Assembly: GCA_965178125.1 (NCBI GenBank)
Contig: OZ237773.1
Location: 558,001 to 579,343, forward strand
Length of the DNA: 21,343 nt
Direction: 5' to 3'
From: Bilabrum cf. latius
Lineage: Eukaryota
The notes under the pieces were generated by a model. It had not been told where the DNA came from, searched no databases, and was given only the letters and a program-made list of their open reading frames with translations. Shown here piece by piece: positions 1 to 10,452 of the stretch (within the stretch, counting starts at the first letter, position 1; the number at the start of each line of letters is the position of its first letter). Both the position numbers and the translations under genes were made by a program.

Positions 1-1
1 A

Positions 2-1741
2 CGAAGCCAGGCACGCCCTCGCACCCAAGGCCTCATCCTCCTGCCTTCTGGCAGCGTGCCCCACTTCACTTCCCACCGCCTCGCTATTCGTTCCCCCCGG
101 AGCACTTGCCCCGGCACTCTTTTCCCCCTCTGCCCCCGTCTCTCTATGTCTACCCCAGCCCTGTCTCTCCCCTGCCAGCACACCCCGGGCCTCTGCCCTG
201 GCTTGCCGAGCCTCCCGCATCCCACCCACGACGAATCGCTCCACCACCTGCCGCCCCGCCGCCAGCACCATGGGGGCAGTGAGCAGCAGGTCCAGGCACA
301 GGAGGGCTCGCACGACCTGCAGGACCCAGCCGCTGCTGAGTGCGTCCAGCACGTTGGCAGGCGTGTTCAGCCCAAACAGCATGGCTGCAGCCAAGCCAAA
401 TGCTACGTTGCTTGCTGTGACGATCCCAAATCCGATGCCTAGGGATCGAGCTGCTGCCGGTGCGCTGCCTTGCTCGGCTAGGATGGGCAGAGTCACGATG
501 TGAATGGCGAACAGGAACGCGATCTGTCCTATGGCCCGGGGCAGGCCGCCGGGCTTCAGGTGCGGTAGCGCACCCCACGACGCCATCGAGATGCCTTCGA
601 CAGTCGACCCATACGCCCCCGCCACCACAACCGCGACAGCCCCCCCGAGCACCGCCACATTGCCCAGCGTTGATGTCCAAGCCAACCAGTGGAAAGACTG
701 AATCTGCGCCAGCCCCAGCACCAGAGGTGCGGTAGCCAGGGCGGCCATCTGCACCGACAGCGGTCGGCTGGCCCCGCTGTCTCTCCCCGCGCATGCGATA
801 TCTGGCAGGGTGGAGGCAATGAAGTCGATGTAGACAGCGCACACACCGATCGAGGTCAGCAGCAGCCCGAAGTAGAGCCCAACCTCCGCGAAATTAGGGC
901 ACTGTGAACCTGCTGAGTCAATGTGCTAGCCAGCAGCACTCATATCGGACCCACCCATGTCCCCAACCCTCTCCTGTCCGTGACCATCCTGTCCATGCCC
1001 ATGCCCCTGGATGCCCTCCAGGACAGCCAGTGTCACTCGCACATGGACCGGCTGCACCAGCACGTCCTCGCAGCCCAGAGGGGACCCGTCCCCACCACTG
1101 CCAGCAGATGGAGCAGGCCGACTGGCTTGGTAGGACGGCGCACCGGGCGACCCATCCATCATCGGGGCCTGGCCCCGCGCCCTTGCAGTGGCAGAGGGCC
1201 CGGCCTGCGGTGTGGGTGGGACGTACCGGGGCGAGGGCGGGGGCGCCTGCTCCCCTTTCATAGCGCCCTAAACCACCGTGCTCTCGTCATGATTCTGTTC
1301 CCTTTCAGGCTGGTCTCGCCCTGGGCGTTCGCTCCCATCATGCCCTGCGGCTTCCAAGGCGCCGAGCTGCACAGGCTGTCTCGGCGGTGGCTGCAAGTCA
1401 CGAGCCCGCCACGAGCAAGCTATCCTGCCTAGCTCTGGAAGCGTTAGCCTAGTCATGCTTGTTCGGGGTAAAGCTGGGTTGCCAGTCGAATGTACGGTCC
1501 AGTAAAAGGCCAGGTCGCACAAGGTTGCCTCTGCGTCGGCCAATAGCCACATGGTGTATGCAGAAAGGACGCCAAGACAAAGTGTTGCTGCCATACCCCC
1601 GGCCAACCCGGCAATCAAAAAAGCTGCTGGCAGCGAAAACGACCCTGCGCCCACCGCACATTTTATAATATTTAAGATCGCAGCCGTTGTGCCAAGCTAG
1701 GCTGGGCTTGTAGCTGCGGCACTGGTACTGGCTTCAGCCAT
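2..1741 (-). CDS. Amino acid transporter (Aa_trans / AAAP, SLC36/38-like); 3' end runs off the window; 3 in-frame TAG
   Basis: One frame from ATG 1739-1741: MAEASTSAAATSPA*LGTTAAILNIIKCAVGAGSFSLPAAF... (TM1 motif N..K..VGAG..SLP), then GVCAVYIDFIASTL, LAWTSTLGNVAVL and IGQIAFLFAIHIVTLPI. In-frame TAG at 1697-1699, 1268-1270 and 926-928; no TAA/TGA in frame. Confidence 0.9.
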
Positions 1742-2088
1742 TCTAATTCAACTATTGATGACGAAACAATTGGAGCAATGCTCGCCAAAAAAAAACTGGA
1801 CTGCAAGCCGCTAAAGGTAGCACAAGCCTGGCTGCGGACCGTGCTTGCCTAGGTTTGGCTATCGGCCTATTCTCGAGACGGGCCACCACTGCGTTGGTAT
1901 GCTATGGTAAACCGTATGGTATGAGTACAATTAGAAGTGGTGTCCTGCCACAGTGTTCGGTGCCTCTGATGTGCATGCAATGAGTTGGATCGTTGTGGTG
2001 CAACTCGGAGCGTCACGGTGCCGGGGCACTCCCCAATACGATGATGATGATGAGCGGCACTGGCGTCGACCAGGCCAGCCATACATCG

Positions 2089-4188
2089 TCAGTGCCTTCG
2101 CGGTAGGATCCGCTCCTGCGCACCCGCCCATGATTCGCCGGACAGCCGTGCGGCCAGCAGCTGCACCACATGGACCGTCGTCAGCGGCCTCCGTTTTGAG
2201 GCTGTCCGTGGTGCAGCGCTGCCCGAGGCACCATCCCCTCGCGCCTCTCCTCCATCTTGAGCCCCTCGCGCCTCTCCTCCATCTTGAGCCCCTCGCGCCT
2301 CTCCTCCATCTTGAGCCCCTCGCGCCTCTCCTCCATCTTGAGCCCCTCGCACCTCCCCGGCAGCAGTCCCGGCATCCCCTCCATCCAGCGGCAATCGAGC
2401 GGTCAGGAGACCAAGCGCCTGTGCCCTCCGGAGCGCTGCTCCCGGGTATCTGTTCCTGTCGACCAGCCCGCCGATGATCAGCACGTCGCAAGGGCCTGTC
2501 TCCAGGGGGACTCCTTCCTCCACTCGAGAGTCCAGTGCTGCAGAGGCTTCGGCAGGCCCCGCACCTGCCTGTCTGCCAGATGGCTCCCCTGCCCCAGGCA
2601 CGGCCCCGCCCACATCCAGCTCGCGATCTCCTTCCGCCACGAGGTACACCACCTTGGGCTGACCGGCACAGAGAGCGCACCTGCCTCGAGCCGCGCACCT
2701 GTGTCGGGCGCACCCCACACGAGGAGGCCACGGCCGCTGGCTTCCCTCGGCTAGTGCGAGCAGCTCCTCTCTCCCCAGGGCGAGCCCTTGCTCAGACATT
2801 GTCTGGGCAAGGGACAAACGGTCCGATATCGATGTGCAGCGCTGACTTGTTGCTACGGATCCACTGGTGGATCCTGCACTGCTGCACGACACCACCGACT
2901 CATCACCGGCCTAACCTGCACTGCTCGTCGCCCCTCTCCCAAGAAGCAGCCGCGCCGGATGCATCGTGGGAAGAGGCAGCGCTGGCTCCCATGGCAGTCC
3001 CCCAGGTGTACCGCCACCTTCTCGTCCCTGCATCCTGCCCAGCAGCCCCTCCAACGGCTCCTCTGTGAGCATCACGGGCCAGGCCTGCCCCGCGCGGTGC
3101 CTCTCCATGCGGGCCAGCCCCGCTGCAGATAGTCCGCACACCACTATCCTCCCAGAGACAGGGGCTCGCATGAGGGCCTGGATACAACGCACGATCTGCT
3201 GCGACAAAGAGCGCTGCTCGGCTGGCTTCATCATCACCTCCCACTCAAAGCTCGACGCTGGCTCGGTGGGAGCACTATCTGGTCCTGCCGCTGCTGCACT
3301 ATCTGGTCCAATCGATGTTGCACTGCTATCGCTATCCATGCCGCGCAAGTGGCTGCCAGTACGGGCTCGTTTAGCCGCAGGCTCGCTTGCTGCTTCTTTC
3401 TGCACTCCACATGCATCCGAAGCATCCAGCGCACAGTGACCGGAGCGTGGAGCACCTGTTGGCTCTGGTGCCAGTGCTGCTTGGAGAGGCATAGACTGGG
3501 GCGGCCTGCCGCAGTCAATGACTATCGTCGGGCCGCACAGCATGCGCAAGAACATCCTGTACCTCCTGCTCGTCTTCTTGCAGTTGCTAGCCGAGCCTGC
3601 TGCAGCGCCACCAGCAGCAGCTGCCCTCGCCCGCTTCGACAATAGACTGGGGTCTCGGGCAGCAGCGAGTGCGGCTCTCGCTTTACCATCCCCAAGAATC
3701 CAGTCTCTCATTCGAACCATCCTGAGCCGAAGAACCTCTGCCAGAGCCCTGCGCATCCTTCGTTTCGCTGGTGCGCTTTCGCTTCCAGGCAAGTCAAAAA
3801 CACCAGGGCAGTCGATACAAAGTTGGTTCACAGGGTCAGAGGCAGCAAATGCTGCCTTGATTTCGTCTTGGCGAACAGCAGGCAGTGGCCAATTCGAGTT
3901 CCAAAGCGGTACAGCAGGAACCTACACGGGGAATCGCGGAAGCCAGAACGAGACCTATATGGTCTTCACAGCTGTTGCGTTGCGATCGGAACCTGATCGT
4001 AGCTATTCGGCATCTGTTGACTTTAATAGCAGAGAACAGGATGAGTGAGCAACATGTGGGGTCCACTCAGAATCAGGACCGTCGAACACTTTGCGATGCA
4101 CCACCGAAGAACTCTTGCAGACAGGGGCCCCAGAGCAGTGATCAACAGATATGGCTAGCCCTGCTTCCCAATGCAACTTGTCAGCCAT
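2089..4188 (-). CDS. TRM10: tRNA m1G9/m1A9 methyltransferase, TRM10 family (SPOUT), ~699 aa; 4 in-frame TAG
   Basis: The N-half (TIVIDCG...MMKPAEQRSLSQQIVRC) and C-half (VVYLVAE, LIIGGLVDRNR, TARLPL, LTTVHVVQLL, W...ILPRR) share a frame across TAG 2911-2913. Further TAG at 3922, 3955 and 4003. Stop TGA at 2089-2091. The start ATG at 4186-4188 (MADKLHW) is inferred. Confidence 0.88.
2235..2355. repeat. 27-bp coding tandem repeat, 4 full copies plus a partial (encodes RGAQDGGEA in TRM10)
   Basis: Unit cccctcgcgcctctcctccatcttgag at 2235, 2262, 2289 and 2316, partial at 2343. Confidence 0.95.
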
Positions 4189-4356
4189 TATGTATCGGTA
4201 CTGTGTCCTGGAAAAAGGTGCCTCATGGTGGTGAAATCCCCAGCAGGGTCTTGCCCCGAGAAAACTACAGTGCGATGCACTCAAACGTGGTGCATTGCAT
4301 TGGACTGCTACGCCCGCGGGCTGTCTAAATCGAAGCCCACTCCTTGGTAGCAACGC
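4189..4356. promoter_or_regulatory. Putative bidirectional promoter between divergent TRM10 and ARL13-like genes (168 bp)
   Basis: Gap between the inferred ATGs at 4188 (-) and 4357 (+); no specific motif identified. Confidence 0.4.
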
Positions 4357-5262
4357 ATGGGCGCTGTGTGCTGCGTCTAGTGTTTGGGATGCTGCTGTGG
4401 AGGGGCGAGTGAGTCTCAAGTATCGGGTAGAACAGCGTTCGGCCAGCAGGATGCTATTCTAGCGTAGAGTTCCAGAAACTAGGCTGCCGTCGCCAACATT
4501 GCGATGATTGGGTTAGACAGTGCAGGCAAATCAACAGTTTTGTCTATCATGAGAGAGTTGTCTCGGTCCAAGCCTGCACTACAAGTAGCTGAGGTGCAAG
4601 CTCCCAGGACCGTTGGTCCCACGATACCTGCGGATGCCGCCCAAAGAGTGCGTGAACAGACTCCAACTGTGGGTTTGGCTCCCCCAGTCAGTTTTGCACT
4701 CGATTTTAATTCGACCGCCAGGCAAGGCGTCAGATCCCACCCTAGGTCGCTGGTCATTCGCGATGTGGGCGGCGCGTCTCGGTACAGGTCGGCGTGGCCA
4801 AGCGCGATTCGGCAGTCTCATGCCGTTGTATTCGTGCTTGACTCTTCTCCATCTCAAGATAAGTCCGAATCGGATAGGCCTTTCATCAGGGGTCGGCGGC
4901 TCAATCGCCAGGTGGAAGTGAAGCAGGTGCTCCGCGAGGTGCTCGACCTGGACGAGTGCGTGGGCAAGCCCATCCTGTTCTTGGCCAACAAACAGGACCG
5001 GGATGGGGCCTTCAGCAGTGGGTAGGTGAGGCTGGCCATCGGACTCACGGATGGGGCCGCAGTCCTGCACCGACACGTGTGTCAGCCGTGCACCGCCCTG
5101 CCCATCGAGTTGAAGAGCACAGGGGCAGGGGCGGAGGCAGGGGCAAGTACCGTGGATCCCAGGCTGGTTGAAGGCATCCGGTGGCTGGCTCGAGTTGTGG
5201 ACGGTGACTGGCCCATCCTGCACCCGCGAGTATGCAGAGAGTCTGCAAAAGCAGCTACATGA
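4357..5262 (+). CDS. ARL13: ARF-like small GTPase, ARL13-like, 301 aa; 4 in-frame TAG
   Basis: MGAVCCV*CLGCCC N-terminus; G1 GLDSAGKST; switch II DVGGA without the catalytic Gln (ARL13 has DLGGG); G4 GKPILFLANKQD; C-terminal CQPCTA...VDPRLVEGIRWLARVVDGDWPILHPRV, collinear with ARL13B as I recall it. TAG at 4378, 4465, 4480 and 5023; stop TGA 5260-5262. Confidence 0.82.
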
Positions 5263-5384
5263 CCCTTGTTAAAACAGTAACCTCAGGTGCGCGTGCCGCT
5301 GCACTTGGCGCACTTGCTCGAATCCCGGCAGGCTGTTCAGCGGCTACACTATGTGTCTGTGTCATAAATTGACCTACAATGTTG

Positions 5385-5499
5385 TTCTAGCCAGCTTGAT
5401 CACCAGTTTCTAGCCAGCTTGTTCACCAGTTTCTAGCCAGCTTGATCACCAGTTTCTAGCCAGCTTGATCACCAGTTTCTAGCCAGCTTGATCACCAGT
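5385..5499. repeat. 23-bp tandem minisatellite, 5 copies, between convergent 3' ends
   Basis: Unit ttctagccagcttgatcaccagt; copy 2 has one a>t change; no spacers. Confidence 0.97.
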
Positions 5500-5600
5500 G
5501 CACGGCTTGGGACGAATCATCAAATTCCTACAGCGGATCTTATTTCTCTCTCCGCAAGGCCTCTGTGCAGCCGAGCGGTGAACATCAAATCGCACGCAAG

Positions 5601-7115
5601 TCACTGCAGCATGGAAACCACCTGGTCATACCGGGGCAGCGTGCCGCGCTCGCCCTCGATGGCAGCATACGCCACCTTGCCCTTGACGGCGGCACCCGCC
5701 ACCCGCGCCACGTCCTCGTCGGTCACCTCAGCGATGGCCTTGTACAGGGCCGAGGGCTCCGCCGACTCGCCCGTCAGCGCCACGCTCTGCGCGATGTCCG
5801 CCCGCCTGCCCGCGCGGGAGTCGAGCTGCTGCGCGAGCTCCATGCGGTAGGCCGCCTTGCCGCGTGCCACGTCCCTCCTGTCGATCCCCCCGCTGGCCAC
5901 CGCCTTGAGTGCGTCACAAGCCGACTGCAGGGCGCCCGCCGCGGCCCCGTTCTGGGCAGTCACCGACACGCCGAAGAGTCCCGAGTCGCTGTGCGAGAAG
6001 GAGTAGGCGCTGCCAGAGGCCCCCTCTCCCAGCTTACCGGCCAAGAAGCCTGGGCTCTGTCCCCTGGCCCGGCGCTGGGTCTGGCCCATGATGGCCCGAA
6101 GCACGCCAAGCGCATGCACGTCCTTGAACCCCATGGAGGGGGCCTCCAGCCCGATGGCGAAGTGCGAGTGCGCCGAGTCCTCGCGCGTGCGGTCCTCGCC
6201 ACCAGTGAAGGGGGAGGCCTCGAGGGGCTTGGCCTCGGCGGCGGGAATGTTCTGGAAGAGCATGTCCGCGAGATCTGCCATTGGCTCGTGGGGCACGTTG
6301 TTGGCCACCACAACCACGTTGGAGCCGACCATGGACGCCCTCAAGTAGTCCGCGACCGCCTGCTCCCCCACCGCATCGATCTGTCTGTCCGAGGGCACTA
6401 TTGCCCTGCCCAGAGGTGCCTTGGGGCCGTAGGCTGCCGCATGGATGGCCTCCTCGATGGCAACGGCGGGCTGGACCCGCAGGTCCGCTGCCCGTCCCTT
6501 GATGAAGGCCTCCTTCATCTCCTCCACATCCCAGGAGAGCAGCGCGGGCTGCAGCACGGCCTCGGCCAGCGTGTCGGCCATGAGCGGGAGCTCGTCTCGG
6601 ATCGCCTCGATCGAGTAAGAGATGCCCTCCCGGCCTGCGGATGCAGCCACGGAGCCGCCGAAGTTCTCCACATCCCGGTACAACTTGTATGCAGACCTGC
6701 GGTGCGTGCTTCCGAATGCCATGCCCTCTGCCACGAATGCGGTGCCAGCCGCGGCCTCGGCGCGAACGCCGCCCCTTACAAACACCGACAAGCTCGCCCC
6801 ATGCCCGCGCGAATCCAGTGACACAATCTGCACTCCATTAGCCAAGCGAGTGGATTGGACTGGTGTAGGCGGCAGCGCGGCACCGGTGGGCTCAGGAACT
6901 CCCGGGAAGGCCTCGTTCAGGGGGTTCTGATCAGGCAAGTCGAAGAAGAGAGCTGCAAACGGGTTCGACGCAGCAGTGGTGGCACGTGCCTGCAAAGCAA
7001 CCTCATTGCTTTGGAACCTCCTTCCAACCGTGCGGGCCTGCGAGAGCGCTCGGTGCGGCAGTGAGTGGAATCGATGAACCTGTTTGCCGAAAGAGGCTAC
7101 CGACAAACAACGCAT
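5601..7115 (-). CDS. Mitochondrial M16 family non-catalytic subunit (MPP-alpha / cytochrome bc1 core protein 2-like), ~504 aa; no in-frame TAG
   Basis: Arg/Ser-rich presequence MRCLSVASFGK...GRRFQS; STRLANGVQIVSLD, VFVRGGVRAE, GTAFVAEGMAFGST (HxxEH lost), ASAGREGISY, FSHSDSGLFGV, C-terminal LPRYDQV. ATG 7113-7115; stop TGA 5601-5603. Confidence 0.9.
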   Translation of the reverse strand: MRCLSVASFGKQVHRFHSLPHRALSQARTVGRRFQSNEVALQARATTAASNPFAALFFDLPDQNPLNEAFPGVPEPTGAALPPTPVQSTRLANGVQIVSLDSRGHGASLSVFVRGGVRAEAAAGTAFVAEGMAFGSTHRRSAYKLYRDVENFGGSVAASAGREGISYSIEAIRDELPLMADTLAEAVLQPALLSWDVEEMKEAFIKGRAADLRVQPAVAIEEAIHAAAYGPKAPLGRAIVPSDRQIDAVGEQAVADYLRASMVGSNVVVVANNVPHEPMADLADMLFQNIPAAEAKPLEASPFTGGEDRTREDSAHSHFAIGLEAPSMGFKDVHALGVLRAIMGQTQRRARGQSPGFLAGKLGEGASGSAYSFSHSDSGLFGVSVTAQNGAAAGALQSACDALKAVASGGIDRRDVARGKAAYRMELAQQLDSRAGRRADIAQSVALTGESAEPSALYKAIAEVTDEDVARVAGAAVKGKVAYAAIEGERGTLPRYDQVVSMLQ

Positions 7116-7549
7116 GGAGACAAAGTACCCTCCCGCCACGGCATTCTGAAATGCAGGGACTTAAAACACAAATATAAAATGCATGCCCACGGTGAGCCTG
7201 TATAACGTGATCCAGGGATGTGCACAGGCGAATGCCTCAGCGGTGGACCCCAACACTGCGAGCCAAATCATATCTCCAAGGCTCATCAAGCTAAATGTCG
7301 GGACTTACAGAAAGAGCACGAGCACTACGCAAACATGCTCGAACGCGATGCATCACAACCACCGCAGTCGATACGGAAAGACCGAGATTGAGCCACGATG
7401 CGACAAAGCGAAACAATGTAACGCGTACTTCAAATAATCATATTCTGATATTCCCGGCGATTGCCGTGTTACCGTCCAAACTAAAGACAAGCCGAAATTT
7501 TTGGAGCTGGATCATATTCATATTCTAAGTTTTAACCTGCTGTGCTGCG

Positions 7550-10186
7550 ATGAGCGAAAGCAAGGCACCATTGGTCGCCGGTGCGATTGCAGTTGAAACC
7601 GCTGATCAAGCCCGCCGTATTCGCGGCGCTGCCGAGCTTGCGCGCGAAAAGGCAACTCGATTAAAAGCTCTCAATGATCGTGCGTAGAAAAATATATCGT
7701 ATTTGAACAAAAGTCTGTCATCGCTGGCCGCAGACCTGGGAATCGACTGGGACCCGGACGCAGACCCTTCGGCCCAAGATTTGGCCCAAAAAGTCAGCAT
7801 GCTATCTAGTAGGGTCGGCTTAGAAAAATCCAAGCTCATGACAGAAGTCGATGAGCGAGTTCACGCAGATGAGCTGGAGGCTAGGCTCGTATACGGAAGC
7901 GACAGTGATGGAGCCAGCGCAATCGCATCGCAGGGAATGACTAGGGAGCAGTCAAGGGAAGCGAGAGCGGCTAGAAGACTGAAGGCATTCCAGCATAGTA
8001 TTGCTCATGCTCGGACTCAGCTAGAAGCATCGCAATCTCGGCTGGATCAAATCGAGGCCGGGCTCGAAGTCGCTCGCAGGAAGGCCAAGCAGGAAGCCGA
8101 GGCCACGAGTGAATCCAGATAGAGACTGATGCGGCTGCAGGACGACGTCAAGCAGCGGTAGCGAGAGTACGATGCAGCGCGACAGTCTCTCTCGCTGCCG
8201 CTCAAGCGTATCGCCGCCACTCTGGCCAAGACCTCGAGGGCCCTGGGGCACTCGGAGGGGCTCCGGCAGTCGCTTGCTAAGGGCGGGGGCGGGCCTAGCG
8301 GGGCATAGGGTCAGCCACTTGCCGGCATCCCAGCCGACAAGCTGTCCGCCTCGGACCGCACCCGGCTGCAGCGCATGGTGGCAGACCTCGAGTTCCTCAT
8401 GGAGCCCAGCCCGCAGGGGGGCGGGCGCGGGCACACGGCGGCCTCGCTGGCAACCGAGGTGCGGCAGAGGCTGCAGGCGCTAGAGAGGGAACTGAGTGAG
8501 GACAAGAGCGGGTTGGCTGAGGAGGGCCGGGAGCCGGGCCTCCGTCTGCTGCTCACGGGCTTCATGCATCTCCAGCACCAGCAGCCGATGCCCTGGTTTG
8601 AGTCCAAAGGGAGCCTATTCTAGCGGCCCCCGGGAAGCAGGGAGGGTCTATCCGCACTGGCTGACTCGTTTTTGGAAGGTACCGGAGTGTCCGACGCGGG
8701 GAATGCTCGCGTGGCCCAAGTGGCGGCTGCAGTGCGCACGCTTGCCCCGGGGGCGCACGGTTTCACTCTGCTCATGGGCCCAGCGGAGGTGGCAGAGAGG
8801 GAGGTGGAAGCTAAGGACCTGGAGGCCAGGGAAAGGGAGGACAGAATTCGAGAGGCGCGGGAGAAGCGGAGATTGGAGATAGAGAAGCAACGGCAAGAGG
8901 AGGCCAAGGCAACGGCAGAGCAGGAACTGAATCAAGCACCTGCCATCTAGGCTGCCACACCTGCGTTGGCGCTGCGTGCCCCGACCACTGGCAAGCAGCC
9001 TGCCGTTCCATCCATGACGGATGGTGATCTGAGGCACTGGAGGGGTGGGCGGCTGGTGGGCAGACACACGGGGACACAGGCACGACAGGCTCTGCTCGGC
9101 CTCGTGTGGCGCGGACTGCCCGCGGACGTGGTGGTGCGGGCCCTCTTCGCGATGGTGTCCAGCGAGGTACCAGCAGGGGCGCTGCAGGCCAACGGTAGCA
9201 TAGTGGCGAGAGACATTCCACCGCGCTGGGGCAGGGTGCTGCTCGCTGCGGGAGCACCCACCGATGGATAGGCGAACGACAGCCTGGGGAACGCAGTGGT
9301 GGCGGTGGCGGCACACAGGGATCCTGCAGGGTTTGGCTCCAGCGGGCTAGCGCCCCCGCGACACTGGACGGGCCCGGCTGCCCAGCTGCATGAGCTGCCT
9401 GCCAGTGCCCGCCTCACTCTGAGCGATCTCGAGCTGGCGGTGCTGCTGGCTTCCAACCGGGACCGGCTGGACGCGCTGCTGGACAGAGTGGACGAGCTGG
9501 CCTGTGCCCCAGTATAGGGGCAAGGAGGCAGTGGTAGTAGCAGTGGTAGGCCCGCTGGATTGGAGGCCATGTGCAGGATAGCCCCCGATGTGCGTCGGTG
9601 CGTGCTGGAGGCAGAGCAGGGAGGGCCAGATGCCATGTATGCCCGCGTGTTCCATTCCATGCAGCTCGTGGCGCGAGCAGGGCATGCAGCGGCAGGGCAT
9701 AGGTCCAGCGAGCCGGTGTCTATGTCTAGTAGTGGACGCGCGGACAGGCTGTCGCTGGTGCATCTGGCGCGGAGTGTGCCCGGGGCGGTGGCTTTCTTAC
9801 TCACTGAGCCAGGGCTGGTGCGAGCAGCGGTACGGAAACCGAGGGAGCACATTGGCGGCAGTGGCAGCGGCGGTGGGGCGACCAAGAGTACACCTCAGCT
9901 GCTGCTGCTGGAAAGCGGGTGGCGAGACTTCCTGGCATCGCAGCTGCAGGACACGGGGCCCAAGCGGCGCGCCTCTGCTGCCAAACACCCCCCTGTATCG
10001 TAGGATGCATCGGATGACTGGTTCTTTGGAATGTTCCGATGCGGGTCGGCCCGTGGCGGCAGGACTTCGACCGACGACAACTGGGGCGTGGAGGATCCCG
10101 CCCCCATCGACCAAAAAGAGAACCTCCCTAGTTGGCAGCGGCAGATGATGTTTCTGTCGACCCTTGCAAGATTGTTGGGTTCCTGA
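7550..10186 (+). CDS. Hypothetical protein, 878 aa, with coiled-coil segments; 9 in-frame TAG
   Basis: ATG 7550. Six listed ORFs (7703, 8375, 8672, 8966, 9296, 9560) are in one frame, separated only by TAG (7685, 8120, 8159, 8306, 8621, 8948, 9269, 9515, 10001). First TGA is at 10184-10186. E/R/K/Q-rich helical stretches. Confidence 0.8.
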
Positions 10187-10410
10187 TGGCGAAAAGTGAA
10201 CAAGAACAGTACTGCAGACTCTAACCGAATTGTGGTCACTGCACCACCCCGCTGGGGGTAAGTGCAAATTTCGAAAAGATGAAGCTCAAACGCAAACAGT
10301 AGATCTACGCACTCGAGAGCGACGGCCTGCTAGTACAACATCGCTCAGGCTAGTAATATAGTTTGGTCTAAGCCATTCTGTGAACTGTGAATCTGGCTGC
10401 TTGCCCCCAT
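9329..10410 (+). repeat. Direct repeat copy 1 (3' part of the 7550-10186 gene plus downstream sequence)
   Basis: 9368-9910 matches 14362-14904 with no differences I could see; 10100-~10410 matches 14905-~15212 with scattered substitutions and indels; short match 9329-9347 vs 14336-14354. Confidence 0.93.
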
Positions 10411-10452
10411 TCTCGGTGGTCTCATTCAAACATCAATACCGAGGTATGAAAG

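Noticed and set aside
5021-5030. Introns removing the TAGs (e.g. donor-like gtaggtgag)
   Set aside because: The sequence on both sides aligns collinearly with ARL13. Dozens of frame-preserving introns each containing only TAG stops is implausible.
5385-5499. CRISPR array (also considered for the 27-bp and 53-bp repeats)
   Set aside because: Head-to-tail repeats without unique spacers, no cas genes, and a eukaryotic context.
5565-6821. Long antisense or overlapping ORFs (also 150-842, 1931-2731, 8947-9885)
   Set aside because: Shadow ORFs of GC-rich real genes with no recognisable motifs.
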